Shown here: one piece after another, positions 37,901-45,463 of the stretch
Position numbering within the stretch: position 1 is the stretch's first letter
Layout: every line of letters starts with the position of its first letter
DNA from: a virus
Strand: one strand, 5' to 3'
IMG/VR virus record: IMGVR_UViG_3300044710_000064
Location: 5,060 to 69,059 of that record
Length of the DNA stretch: 64,000 nucleotides
Position numbers and translations under genes: made by a program
Notes under the pieces: model-generated
Told to the model about the DNA's origin: nothing
Databases searched by the model: none
What the model saw: only the letters and a program-made list of their open reading frames with translations

Positions 37901-37977
37901 GCATTTATCTTGGCGAGGCTCTCCTGTGTGGGCTTTTCGTCTATGACGATTACGACAGGGTCGAGTTCGTTAGCCAT
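31963..37977 (-). CDS. Tape measure protein with internal duplications and HEXXH domain
   Basis: 2004 aa; helical A/Q/E-rich; GG...ALVHQGEAV.P motifs; GAAIGAAAG; HEGTH at 34072-34086. Confidence 0.88.
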   Translation of the reverse strand: MANELDPVVIVIDEKPTQESLAKINASLDTTRDRGIRTNQQLGDAWQQQSKQLERMADAHRSAFERILSDVERMANSGGRALEAIFRGAARATAGFLELTGAVVVGKKVFTQTAEDSSVLEKGLEGVRNTARATETAFAGLKGGLGAAIDVAGSIAAVAALEKIVKLTYERGQLLEKQAIQSAKSGLAYPEVAALGFATSRAGFAPDFLDQAAKNAGGAAQLAEQFKKLGEIQDPVERAQKAFQAFGSDADKYLPLLNDRLAENIQRVNEWGLAFSKVDRENITQFKRDLDSLKESFVGLGDTISAWSTSVGNNFARAFGSVWSTLREVPGLAGTSLGIVTGAIDKLTGNRNAGIAFNEEPFDAEAALNQRAGELGAGPGPQSEAAFVQSVQKLAPTGTQYYLGGKGDNESTLQEKVSELQKQLFVSDQTSKDYGKLVPAAQFQGGYAGEALALQQYVSAQQRIEAIDKEKAATAELEAAQKAVAAALRQAQLSELTGSEKLRAERAIAIEQYGKSKELIGQINQEFEIRFREEGKRLIDQSHADLVTRAAASATQQDALLTARTHAQTGAILQAGHQLELTGTKTGEQELLQATASKDSQLKMLELVKADDLTGKLTVEQQKLTIEETFLTKRENLELAGINSTYQKELSELQILLNSKVIRQSDYNLQVAALERNRTLDQKNLEIRTATESEEARMKLVIEANKAIQADNERIAQQEKEQIDSIAHSASKLFETLFTHPQHFGKELTEMLKSATLKPITEGLGQLTGQALRPVIYGPDGQGGIAGAFHGLFGKQDQDSRPLDLNTTAMDKLRAAVLALAATLPAVAGSHTPAGLAHMLVPPGPVATVQSPIGSQLQTGNYLAGSVSIPPGLAAGLPAYEDGGLIPETQVALVHQGEAVIPAVLTQALQTQGATGGLLQQLEKLIGYKGSGQWDTSRSGQHSEASGPVGALQAIAQSQAGTAGEIGLAALAIHKGIEPQWHEAERVVKKLYGISIGHAEGQHIADIANEKYGHHVSIAARSPEVRASLGFHAAPVQDIAQPARSTPAYQTGGLVPETQMALVHQGEAVLPAELTQLLRDAARAYGAQKPTQDQSPLLMGLTASVVAQNQNTAMTYYLSQVIGSGLGVPALAAPAGISTSGVSIPSVSSSGGSSSSVGGPIGNLSRIASEAEKPSGQAAVPSETSTVTRLLASGFHAPHASSDTMPSLQESGYAITPTGLPQWAHGTDAQDFLGYLKYTNTPVFQRPRAPKGATPGTEGQYFAPEEGLPDFINLYSKQLRQDYEPEDYTYGAARVMLHEGTHALLQDQDIGALNKLLPKTFVDYNTQQLTKYAGYDEPSAADELIPRLVAGQAELPLSRGSDTENTFRSFITALESRNPDLATTLTKMHAAIGSPEQEGLTPEQLLVGRSNVPIRGITPSPFSVASTFSPVSYSPSPLPTELSPTVSTISHLLTSGFYNPPSATSDITARFSPVSYQPSASPVSLTAYSPEVARLPSGLINRTGSTIDQVPSFESPAPSYFTSAPSGPSPDLGTAPNTSADLSFFGASVASPASPDTSAPLSFFGATSGIAQLAGTPYFTTAESQTTADYGAAVSQGSAVAYNASPIPTELASGPGQAFGIPQVSAPAYQPSVASGILPALFGQGGRGGLLGTIFGGGTRGGGLFGTSGIPIPGGTYDAGGFERGPNGPITGGNTTGPSFGGFNPLASLQSSIGYKGDGEWNTTSQIGAQSGDFSEASGFTGAIQGIAGSPAGGAAGMFLAQQGLLGRNAGTGVGILEGTAGGALIGEQIGGPLGAAIGAAAGFGIGLGELVAGVEPQWKEAERLVMRTYHVNIDHAEAQRIVDIANQQFGHNVAIAVTSPEVRQMLGVYAAGTGQKIPLSATTPSGGVLQEQGGTLYQAPTYMYGQAFTQASNLPVAGGYATTQYPNASTPTGGGSPAGSPGSPGGGTMQVSLHFDGKNAGDAMTGMFVTPSMVQTQWSQAQAYSDGRQPNQATILQSGLIIS

Positions 37978-37980
37978 TTG

Positions 37981-38394
37981 CTAGGATGCGATTCTCAGGA
38001 ACGAACGGACAATCGTGTTGAGCGCGGCGATAAAATTCCGCCGGTCAGATGGCGAGACTCCAAACTGCTTAGAGCGGGCGTTATTAATCGCCGCAATCCG
38101 TGCCGCCCGCGCATCGGTGAATCCTACGCTGATCTGGCCAGGCAGAGTTTGCAGTGGTTGAAGCGCCTGTAGGGTTTGCCCGGTCAATGTCCAGTCGCGA
38201 ATCGGATTCAATCCCCTTCGTGCTTTCAATCCCGCGTACCCTCCAAGCTTTCCTCTGCCGCTCAATCGCGGCGCCGGGTTATCGTTTACATCCAGACCTC
38301 GTTTGATGCGCGTTCGGATAGAAGTTGCAAGCACCCCGGCGAGGAAATGGGCATTCTCGCCTGAGACGGGAACATATTGGAAGTGTTTAGCCAT
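37981..38394 (-). CDS. Putative tail completion / virion morphogenesis protein
   Basis: IRTRI..G.DV...APRLS..Y...LTGQTL...ISVGF...A..NN....FGVS. Confidence 0.6.
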   Translation of the reverse strand: MAKHFQYVPVSGENAHFLAGVLATSIRTRIKRGLDVNDNPAPRLSGRGKLGGYAGLKARRGLNPIRDWTLTGQTLQALQPLQTLPGQISVGFTDARAARIAAINNARSKQFGVSPSDRRNFIAALNTIVRSFLRIAS

Positions 38395-38408
38395 GCTTTA
38401 ATAAACTC

Positions 38409-38732
38409 ATGGGAGCAATCAACCCGCGAGATCCCTTCCGACTGGAATTCGGAACGGAAACTTTTGAGTATTACGAGAGAATGCGCCGGGCCCTTCAGGC
38501 GATGGACGGCTGGCCATTTCGGTCTGATCAGTTAACACTGACTACCGAGCGATGCTCTTGTGGCGCGTTTCGCGCGGCCTTGACTATTGGCGAATGGACG
38601 CTTACGGCATGTCGAGCGATGCTAATGGGTGAAGCAGAAGGAGGACCGGAGGCACACGTATATGGTCCCCAGCCGCCGAAACTCCCGCATTTACCGTCCA
38701 TGACTTTAGAATTCAAATCGAAGACCCTTTAG
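38409..38732 (+). CDS. Antisense moron, hypothetical protein
   Basis: TG-C-TTTAAT-N6-ATG; fills the gap exactly. Confidence 0.5.
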   Translation: MGAINPRDPFRLEFGTETFEYYERMRRALQAMDGWPFRSDQLTLTTERCSCGAFRAALTIGEWTLTACRAMLMGEAEGGPEAHVYGPQPPKLPHLPSMTLEFKSKTL

Positions 38733-39205
38733 CCACTGGATCTCTGCCTCATTCGCTCAAGCCGCGCTTGATCTTCTTGCTGCTGACGTTGCTCGATCTC
38801 TAAATTCCGCCGTTCTTCCCGCAACACTCGCAAAGCTTTAACTTCTTCGACGGTCACTTCAGACCAAGGGATTTGAAAATCAGCCACAACGCTATCGAGT
38901 CGAAGCGCTCTGTCAAGAAGTCGACCTGCTGGCGAATTCTCCCGGTGAAAATCTAGCTCTTCGAGGGGACACATTGAACATCGTTCCGTAGTTCCCGGAT
39001 CTCCGCCACACGCGGGACACCCTCCCGCACAGTGCGGATCGGCTTGCCATACACAAGAGCATCGAATGCATTTGACGCGATTCGCACGCCAGCAGTCATC
39101 CGGGCCGACGTCTCCCCCAAGACAAAGTGACGTTGCCCGTAATAGCCGGTGAATGAGGAGCCGAAGTGGAACAGGATCGGGCCACTCCGGACCTAGAAGT
39201 TTGGG
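38729..39205 (-). CDS. Tail assembly chaperone gpT-like extension, reached by -1 frameshift at 39199-39205
   Basis: The -1 frame is open from the slippery site through the MCPLEEL ORF to stop 38729. Confidence 0.75.
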   Translation of the reverse strand, partial: PKLLGPEWPDPVPLRLLIHRLLRATSLCLGGDVGPDDCWRANRVKCIRCSCVWQADPHCAGGCPACGGDPGTTERCSMCPLEELDFHRENSPAGRLLDRALRLDSVVADFQIPWSEVTVEEVKALRVLREERRNLEIEQRQQQEDQARLERMRQRSSG

Positions 39206-39837
39206 ACTTGTTCGGCTTCGAGTTCATCCAGGGCCGACATGAGTTCGATCACGACGGCGGATTTGTGGTGCGGAGGAACGTCTTTGGGTTCTGGATCTGC
39301 GTAGCCCTTCACTTCCGCTGCAACGCTATCATACAGCTCGATAGCCGGACCGATGCGATACCGGACCTCTTGCTTCCCGCGCGGCATGTCCGTTATCGCG
39401 AGAGATGGAACTCTCCGATAAAAGGCGATGTCTTTTTCAGTCGGCATCTTGATGAAGTGAACCGTTTCACCGAAGGGCGTTTTTACTGTCACATGGTATT
39501 GCTCGCCGTCCCGCTCGCACGCCGTGACATCGCACAGCAGAAGCCTTGCGATTGCTTTCGCCGCTTCGTACTGATCGAACTCGTCTCCTCCCGCGTCAAG
39601 CCGGAGTTTGGAAAAAAGGGCGAACTCCGCCTCATAGTTGGGGACAAACGTGGATTCAGATTTACCGCGACCGAGAGGAGTCCGGAGGGATCGCTGGGAG
39701 GCGATGCGGTCGAGGACTTCTTGCGAGCTTGGCAATCGCAGGACTGCCGTTTTTGGCGGGTTGAGGTTTTTAATGAGGACGCCTCTTACTTTGGCGCCAG
39801 ATTCTAGAGTGACTTCAGGAAGTTCTCCGTAGGGCAC
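39193..39837 (-). CDS. Tail assembly chaperone (gpG-like)
   Basis: Between tail tube and TMP; ends in slippery C-CCA-AAC. Confidence 0.75.
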   Translation of the reverse strand: MPYGELPEVTLESGAKVRGVLIKNLNPPKTAVLRLPSSQEVLDRIASQRSLRTPLGRGKSESTFVPNYEAEFALFSKLRLDAGGDEFDQYEAAKAIARLLLCDVTACERDGEQYHVTVKTPFGETVHFIKMPTEKDIAFYRRVPSLAITDMPRGKQEVRYRIGPAIELYDSVAAEVKGYADPEPKDVPPHHKSAVVIELMSALDELEAEQVPNF

Positions 39838-40033
39838 TGGACTTTTCTCCTTGCTGGACTGGACTTCGAGCCTGGAAAGCTTTCCAGATCTCGTTCAACT
39901 TTCGGCTGAATGCTGCATTGATAAGGCTCTTGGCTGGACGGCTTTGCGAGTCCGGGAGAAACGCTTCAGCCATAGTGAGCATTTCTCCCTGGAGTTCGCG
40001 TACTGATTTCTCAACTTCTTCGTGACAGGACAA
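39815..40033 (-). CDS. Hypothetical protein
   Basis: 72-aa helical ORF filling the gap. Confidence 0.45.
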   Translation of the reverse strand: MSCHEEVEKSVRELQGEMLTMAEAFLPDSQSRPAKSLINAAFSRKLNEIWKAFQARSPVQQGEKSSALRRTS

Positions 40034-40037
40034 AAGG

Positions 40038-40418
40038 CTAGTTCTCGCAGATCAGATACTCAAGCTGGCAACTCGCGACTAGGGCCAGCGCGGCCGGCGC
40101 CGACACGGACGCAGCGAACCTGAACAAAGCGAACTCTCCGGGTTGTATGTCAAGCAAAGGGGTTCCGGAAACAGCGTTCAGGATGCGGATAATGTTGGTG
40201 ACATCGTTGTTTATCAAGAAAGACCATCCAACTGACCCGAGCCCGCCGAGCGAGATTGCGGTTCCTCCCGCGGTGGTGGGGATTGTTTGCGTTTCATTGA
40301 TAAAATTGCTGCCATTCAGCGTGAATGACTTCGAGGCAATCGACAGTGATCTGGCGGCGATGGTCGGTGTCGCGACCTGAAGCGTTCCATTCACCGTGAT
40401 AGCGTTGGCAGTTGACAT
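40038..40418 (-). CDS. Putative tail-associated beta-sandwich protein
   Basis: RBS AAGGAG; follows the tail tube; IQPGEFALFR. Confidence 0.6.
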   Translation of the reverse strand: MSTANAITVNGTLQVATPTIAARSLSIASKSFTLNGSNFINETQTIPTTAGGTAISLGGLGSVGWSFLINNDVTNIIRILNAVSGTPLLDIQPGEFALFRFAASVSAPAALALVASCQLEYLICEN

Positions 40419-40458
40419 ATTTGATTTCTCCTTTAGGGAAGTCGAGTTTTGGAAAAGA

Positions 40459-41457
40459 TTATTGAGCCAGGCCGGTCAATCCGCACTGTGCGGTAACCGT
40501 CAAAATTCCGTTGACGCTGTTGTACTGCGGAGCTCCGACGACATGCACCGCAACAATCCCATCCGCCTCGGTGTTTTCGACCATTTGGAAGGACATTTGC
40601 TGCCAGGTGAAGGTGACTGTATGGGTCCCGTCGTATGTCAGGGTCAGTACAGCCGTGCCGGTAGTTTGCGCAACCAACTTCGTGTACTCTGTCGAGTTGT
40701 GCAAAAGACGCGCCGTAAAATCAAGCGTCGGAACGCGCACGCCGATTTCCTGACGCCCTCGGACGGCCGCTCCGTTTTGGAGTCCCGAGCCAGGGAAGTA
40801 ACCGGCATTGAGCAGAAGGTTATTTTTCCAGCCCATGTTGCCCGAGAGAATCGTCTTTGCTGCAACGTAGTCAGTCCCGTTGATCGTGAGCGCCATGGAC
40901 TGAGAGAGCATGTAGTGCTCTGTGATGGCTCCGCCCAACGTGACGCCGGAGGGTGAAGTCAGCAACCCAGTGCCGGCAAAGTTGCAGGTCACCTTAGCCG
41001 ACTGGCGGCCTGGTCCATAATTGAAAGCGAGGTTAAAATCTTCTACCGAGCAGCCGATGAGAAGATTGTCGATCGCGCTCCCGCCACCTTCTGCGACTTG
41101 CTCCACCACACTGAAATAGGGGTTTTCGAGCGTTGTCGCGGGGTTCGTCGGGGTGATGGTGTAAGTTCCCGAGGCGAAGACGACATTGCCGAGTCCATAG
41201 GCGGCGGCCCAAGTCAGAAATTCGGCGGAGGCGAATTTGTCAATCCGGTTCGCCACGGTGTAGGCGGTCGGATAAACGGTCTGGATGAACTCGTTTCCTT
41301 TGCCGATTTCATCCTTGTCCGTCTCAGTGCCAAATTTCGGCGTGGTGAGGTCCATGTTATTCTTCTTGACCTGAATGAACGTGGAACTCGCGGTCGAGAT
41401 GTTGGTCTGCTTGTTCAGCCCGAGACCAAAGTTTAACTGCTGTACTCTTGAGGGCAT
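40459..41457 (-). CDS. Major tail (tube) protein
   Basis: 332 aa beta-rich; position; GTYTITP, IGCSVEDFNLAF. Confidence 0.75.
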   Translation of the reverse strand: MPSRVQQLNFGLGLNKQTNISTASSTFIQVKKNNMDLTTPKFGTETDKDEIGKGNEFIQTVYPTAYTVANRIDKFASAEFLTWAAAYGLGNVVFASGTYTITPTNPATTLENPYFSVVEQVAEGGGSAIDNLLIGCSVEDFNLAFNYGPGRQSAKVTCNFAGTGLLTSPSGVTLGGAITEHYMLSQSMALTINGTDYVAAKTILSGNMGWKNNLLLNAGYFPGSGLQNGAAVRGRQEIGVRVPTLDFTARLLHNSTEYTKLVAQTTGTAVLTLTYDGTHTVTFTWQQMSFQMVENTEADGIVAVHVVGAPQYNSVNGILTVTAQCGLTGLAQ

Positions 41458-41460
41458 CGG

Positions 41461-41625
41461 TTATCCTTTCACCGGAGCTGGCTTCAGGGCGGTAGGTTCC
41501 GCCGGTTTCACTTCGGGAGTTACCTGTATCCAGCCCTGAATCATCAAGGGGTGGAAGATCGCGGGATCGTCTTCGATCTCTTCCGGCTTAGCGTTGCCCG
41601 GAGGTTTCATCAGAATCTTTGCCAT
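41461..41625 (-). CDS. Small Pro-rich protein (54 aa)
   Basis: Manual translation MAKILMKPPG...LMIQGWIQV...KG; RBS GGAG. Confidence 0.55.
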   Translation of the reverse strand: MAKILMKPPGNAKPEEIEDDPAIFHPLMIQGWIQVTPEVKPAEPTALKPAPVKG

Positions 41626-41626
41626 G

Positions 41627-42112
41627 TCAGTTGTCTCCGTATTCAGGAAAAATGAAATTCGCTACGAAATAGTCGAGACCATCCTGGTCCTGGTGGTGAA
41701 CGATCGAGGGAAGCGGGTTTACGAGGTCCAACTCTCCGGGGATAAGTTGCACGCTGCGAATGTTGCCGGGCTCAAAGGCATTGCCGAGCGTTCCGTTGAT
41801 AATGAGCCACCAGAGATTCCCCGGCCCCGTTGGAGTGCTGGAGTTCGCGACGTTCCCGGATTTGATGTAGAGGTCGATTTGGTGCTTCCACCAGATGGTC
41901 CCGTTGAACGGGCCGCCCTGGCTTGCTTTCCAGACCACGAGAATCCCAGGCGTCGGAATTTCATAAATCTTTTTCGCAAGCGGAACATCGTCCCCACCTT
42001 CGAAAACAAAGGGAACGACGCGGGTTGGGTCATTGTTCAATGCCGCGACAAGGGATTCGATGGACTGAAGCGCCGTCGCAACGGTGTTTACGACCAACTC
42101 GGGATTGAGCAC
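41627..42112 (-). CDS. Putative tail terminator
   Basis: Position before the tube gene; TPGILVVW, HQIDLYI. Confidence 0.6.
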   Translation of the reverse strand: MLNPELVVNTVATALQSIESLVAALNNDPTRVVPFVFEGGDDVPLAKKIYEIPTPGILVVWKASQGGPFNGTIWWKHQIDLYIKSGNVANSSTPTGPGNLWWLIINGTLGNAFEPGNIRSVQLIPGELDLVNPLPSIVHHQDQDGLDYFVANFIFPEYGDN

Positions 42113-42113
42113 A

Positions 42114-42455
42114 TCAGTTCTTGCGGAGCTTCAAAGTCGCCGAGCCTTCAACGTCGATGTCGAGATCAAAGACGCTATACTGCACTGCGTTGATGACGAG
42201 CAAATCGCCCTTCTTGGGTTGCACGGTTAGATCGGCGAGGCGGATGAAGAATCGAACGACAGTGACGCCCGGTGGGAGACTGCCCGGAATGTAATCTTCA
42301 GCCAGGGCCGGATCTTCGAAGATTCCCGTGATGGGAATTCCGCCCCACAGCACGTTGTCCCCTGGCGTGGTCTGCGGGTAGTGCACGGCCGCGACTCCGA
42401 ACGTCGAGATACACAGCGTGTCGAGGTTGTCTACGAGAGTTTGGTACACGCTCAT
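42114..42455 (-). CDS. Head-tail joining protein (lambda FII-like)
   Basis: CISTFG..AVHY...ITGIFE...PKKGDLLVI...YSV.D...LKL. Confidence 0.75.
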   Translation of the reverse strand: MSVYQTLVDNLDTLCISTFGVAAVHYPQTTPGDNVLWGGIPITGIFEDPALAEDYIPGSLPPGVTVVRFFIRLADLTVQPKKGDLLVINAVQYSVFDLDIDVEGSATLKLRKN

Positions 42456-42463
42456 GTTATTCT
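42455..42463 (+). promoter_or_regulatory. Extended -10 promoter TG-T-TATTCT for the tRNA-like RNA
   Basis: 6 nt upstream of the first G of the outer stem. Confidence 0.55.
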
Positions 42464-42469
42464 GTGACT

Positions 42470-42561
42470 GGCGCGGAACAGACGTGGAAGAGGATGGCTT
42501 AATTCACGCATTTGCAAAAATGCGGCTCGTTGGTTCGAATCCAACCGTAGCGACCGCGCCA
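42470..42561 (+). ncRNA. tRNA-like RNA (tRNA-Cys-derived?) with 8-nt anticodon loop and interrupted acceptor stem
   Basis: T arm GTTGG-TTCGAAT-CCAAC; anticodon stem CGCAT/ATGCG with loop TTGCAAAA; D arm GAA/TTC with GG; outer stem GGCGCGG/CCGCGCC. Confidence 0.75.
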
Positions 42562-42562
42562 T

Positions 42563-42859
42563 TTAATTGCCCACGATCTTGAAATCGTTCTCGAAAATCT
42601 GCCCGCTGGTTCCGTTCGCTATCACTTTTCCCAGATACGTTTGCCCTGCCTCAATGCCCGAGACCATGATTTGCGAAGAGGTCGCGGTGTCCCCCTGATT
42701 ACTCAGGGTTGGGACCGGGGTGGTATCGAGCACGGGTTCGAGAGTCCAGATTGCCGGACCAACGATGGTGTCTGAAGTGTATTGCTGCTGGTAAGTGCGT
42801 TTTTCACCAGGATGCTGAGTCCAGTAATTCGAGGGACTCTGATTTGTGGACGGGGTCAC
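42563..42859 (-). CDS. Putative fibre adaptor (Ig-like) protein
   Basis: HPGEKRTY...QIMVSG..AGQTY...GQIFE.DFKI pattern. Confidence 0.55.
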   Translation of the reverse strand: MTPSTNQSPSNYWTQHPGEKRTYQQQYTSDTIVGPAIWTLEPVLDTTPVPTLSNQGDTATSSQIMVSGIEAGQTYLGKVIANGTSGQIFENDFKIVGN

Positions 42860-43236
42860 TGGCCGACCATCGTCCCCATGACCGTGGTTGAACTAGCGGA
42901 CCATTTAATACAGCCAGTGAATCGAATCGGCCCGCTCATGATGAGAGGATTCCCCGCAGTTCCGACCGCTGGGATGGTGGTCGCGTTCAGGAGCTTGAAT
43001 GGCGTTGCTTGGCAGTCCTGGATTGTCACGGTATGCACAGATGAATCCGTGTTTGAGATCACGATATTGTTCGTCGTGACGGAGCGATTCAGGTTCGGGA
43101 AGCTTGCGCCTTGATCTGGTGTCGGGATAGTAAGTGTCGGCGGTAATGCTGTACCCGCTACGGTCCAGCCGACGATTCCGGACAGGCTCGAAGCGATAAG
43201 GCTGCCGAGGATGAGAATCGATATAACCTTCAGCAT
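42856..43236 (-). CDS. Beta-sandwich protein with signal-like N-terminus
   Basis: MLKVISILILGSLIASSLSG; IVISNTDSS..TVTIQDC; GIRF-like IRFTGC; RBS GAGGGAG. Confidence 0.6.
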   Translation of the reverse strand: MLKVISILILGSLIASSLSGIVGWTVAGTALPPTLTIPTPDQGASFPNLNRSVTTNNIVISNTDSSVHTVTIQDCQATPFKLLNATTIPAVGTAGNPLIMSGPIRFTGCIKWSASSTTVMGTMVGQ

Positions 43237-43246
43237 CGCTCCCTCA

Positions 43247-43717
43247 TTAAGTGGTGATGACGCGGTACGCCATGATGCACTTCGCCGTTCCATTTCCTGC
43301 GGCGAAGACGGCACTCCCATTGGTGATGTCAATGCCGTCGGCGAGTGGCGGGGCGAAATTGGCGGTTGGGTCGAGATAGTAAAGGTACGTTCCCGGCGTG
43401 GCCTCGGTCACCACGCTAGCCGGCACGGTTGAGGCGAATGGGGCAATGGAAGTGTTGGTGTGGTACTGAAGATTGACCGTTCCGCCACCCGTGAAAGCCG
43501 CCGATCCCGCATACATGATGAATGCGAAGTAGACGGGGATTATCGCTTGGCCGGTGGGCGGGGCGGGGAATATCGTAATCGCCGTTGTATGCATCGATTC
43601 AAGTTGCGCGGCGGTGAGCGGGAAACTGAGGACCTTGAACGTTTCCTCGATGTGATAGTTCTGAGGCATGAACGACTTCGCGGGAACCCGCGGACTGTAA
43701 TCTTTGACGTAGCTCAT
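43247..43717 (-). CDS. Putative virion-associated beta-sandwich protein
   Basis: RBS AAGGAG; ITIFPAP..GQAIIP, FAAGNGT. Confidence 0.6.
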   Translation of the reverse strand: MSYVKDYSPRVPAKSFMPQNYHIEETFKVLSFPLTAAQLESMHTTAITIFPAPPTGQAIIPVYFAFIMYAGSAAFTGGGTVNLQYHTNTSIAPFASTVPASVVTEATPGTYLYYLDPTANFAPPLADGIDITNGSAVFAAGNGTAKCIMAYRVITT

Positions 43718-43729
43718 GTGATCTCCTTT

Positions 43730-43999
43730 TTATTTCTTCTTCCGCTTCGGATGTTCGGGTTCTGGTTCCGGCGGCGCTTCGATGACAGGCGCTATCCGGC
43801 GTTGCTCATAGAACTGCCGCATACGGATTCGATTGTTACTCAGGCTTTGAGGGAGAGGACTTCCGGGTTCGTAAGTCTGCCCCTCCCAGAACAACGCGAG
43901 TCGGGTCACGACAAATTCCGGCTTGCCCCAGCGGATGAGTTTCTCCCACGGGACAAGCGAGTAAGGAATTCGAGTCGGAGTTTGAAGCGCGGTTGCCAT
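43730..43999 (-). CDS. Small head-region protein
   Basis: Coupled to the capsid gene; GQTYEPG; basic tail. Confidence 0.6.
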   Translation of the reverse strand: MATALQTPTRIPYSLVPWEKLIRWGKPEFVVTRLALFWEGQTYEPGSPLPQSLSNNRIRMRQFYEQRRIAPVIEAPPEPEPEHPKRKKK

Positions 44000-45012
44000 T
44001 AGGCGATCACGGAGCCGATGTATCCGCCGAGGTCGGCCGAGACTTGCTTGTGGGCATAGGCCGCATCCATCTCAACGCGAGTGGATTCGATCCAGGGCAT
44101 GTAGAAGGACTTGACACGGGTTCCTTGGGTGCTGGCACCGAAATATCCGGACCAGGCGAAGGTGTATCCGCATCCGGGTGTCATGATGCCGGGAGCGCTG
44201 GGGGTATAGACCAGAAGCATGGCCTTGTTGCCGATGAAGGCGTTCGTTTCGAGATTGGTCGAAACGCCGGGAGCCTGCGGGGCCTGCTCCACCGAAGTGT
44301 TCTGGATGGCATCCATCACTAGAACTTCGTCAAGCTCGAAAAGTGACGCCATGACAGCCAGTGTTACTTTGGCCGGCTGCGGAGCGGTTTGACCGTACTT
44401 TACGCGGTCAACAAAATCTGGATGATCACAGAGAGTGTCAAATACCGGGCGCCCGAGAATCATTTTGTTTGGCCGGAAAGTCCCCGTCAATTGAACTGTT
44501 CTCTTTAAATTTCTGACGTCAATAATCGGCGTCGATGCAGGATCATTCCACTGAAGGACCTGAGTTGAAGACGGACCGCTGGAGACGCCAGTCCAGTTAT
44601 TTGTCCAGACGGCGCCGAAGAACTTACTTGCCCAATCAACTTCGCGCGAGATTCGCGCCTGCATCGAAAGAAAAGAAGTAGTTTCAAGATCTGGCTGAAG
44701 GACACTATCCGAATTGGCGCGTACCTGATCCGGAATGTCTTTGTGAAGGCTCCACACGTCGCACAGATAGGACCCGCTGTTATCGAGGTTGTATCCGGAA
44801 CCCGCAGATTCCGCGCCGGGTGCACGCTTCTTCATTTGGTTGCGATTGAAGTCGCCGCGGTTATAGGTGTAGTACACGTCCGAAATCTTTTGGACGGGCA
44901 CGATGGGAAACACGCGCTCAGCCACGAACGCTGAAGCTTCCTGCAAATACATGTTCGACAGGTTCGTGAGCGGCACATTGACATGGACATCAGAGAGTGT
45001 CGGTTGGGGCAT
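43999..45012 (-). CDS. Major capsid protein (gpE-like family)
   Basis: LTNLS..Y...FVAERVFPIVPV, QWNDPASTPIIDV, RPNKMILG, LCDHP. Confidence 0.88.
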   Translation of the reverse strand: MPQPTLSDVHVNVPLTNLSNMYLQEASAFVAERVFPIVPVQKISDVYYTYNRGDFNRNQMKKRAPGAESAGSGYNLDNSGSYLCDVWSLHKDIPDQVRANSDSVLQPDLETTSFLSMQARISREVDWASKFFGAVWTNNWTGVSSGPSSTQVLQWNDPASTPIIDVRNLKRTVQLTGTFRPNKMILGRPVFDTLCDHPDFVDRVKYGQTAPQPAKVTLAVMASLFELDEVLVMDAIQNTSVEQAPQAPGVSTNLETNAFIGNKAMLLVYTPSAPGIMTPGCGYTFAWSGYFGASTQGTRVKSFYMPWIESTRVEMDAAYAHKQVSADLGGYIGSVIA

Positions 45013-45052
45013 TGACTAAAGTTCTCCTTGAAATTGATTTGTGCGCGCTCTA

Positions 45053-45430
45053 TTAGAAGCTCGCGTTCGAACGCAGAATTTCAACAGCGATTACCACGAC
45101 GGAAGCGGGGTTGCCGTTGGCTTCGAGGGCCTTGGCGACGGCGGTCCCGGAAGCGTGAAGCTTGAACGTGCTTCCGGTATCGACTTCGAGTAGCGACCCG
45201 ATGACGACGTTATTCGAGGCTGAGATTGCCGCCTTCGAGATGCCGTCATAAGCGTAGGCACCTGCCTGATTCGCTACGGGCTTGTCCTGAAGGATGCCGT
45301 CCATGTTAGCCGCGGCAGTCGAAAGGACAAGGTTGCCGGAAGAGTTGATCGTCACCGCGTAATACTGATTGCTCGACAGATTCGAGTTGGCGGGTGCGGA
45401 GCGCAGATGTAGTTCTTGTTCAACAGCCAT
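45053..45430 (-). CDS. Capsid decoration/cement protein
   Basis: QYYAV...GILQDKP...GISKA...AVAKALEA; directly upstream of the capsid gene. Confidence 0.75.
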   Translation of the reverse strand: MAVEQELHLRSAPANSNLSSNQYYAVTINSSGNLVLSTAAANMDGILQDKPVANQAGAYAYDGISKAAISASNNVVIGSLLEVDTGSTFKLHASGTAVAKALEANGNPASVVVIAVEILRSNASF

Positions 45431-45463
45431 GTGAATTGATCTCCTTGATTAGTGTTTTCGAGC

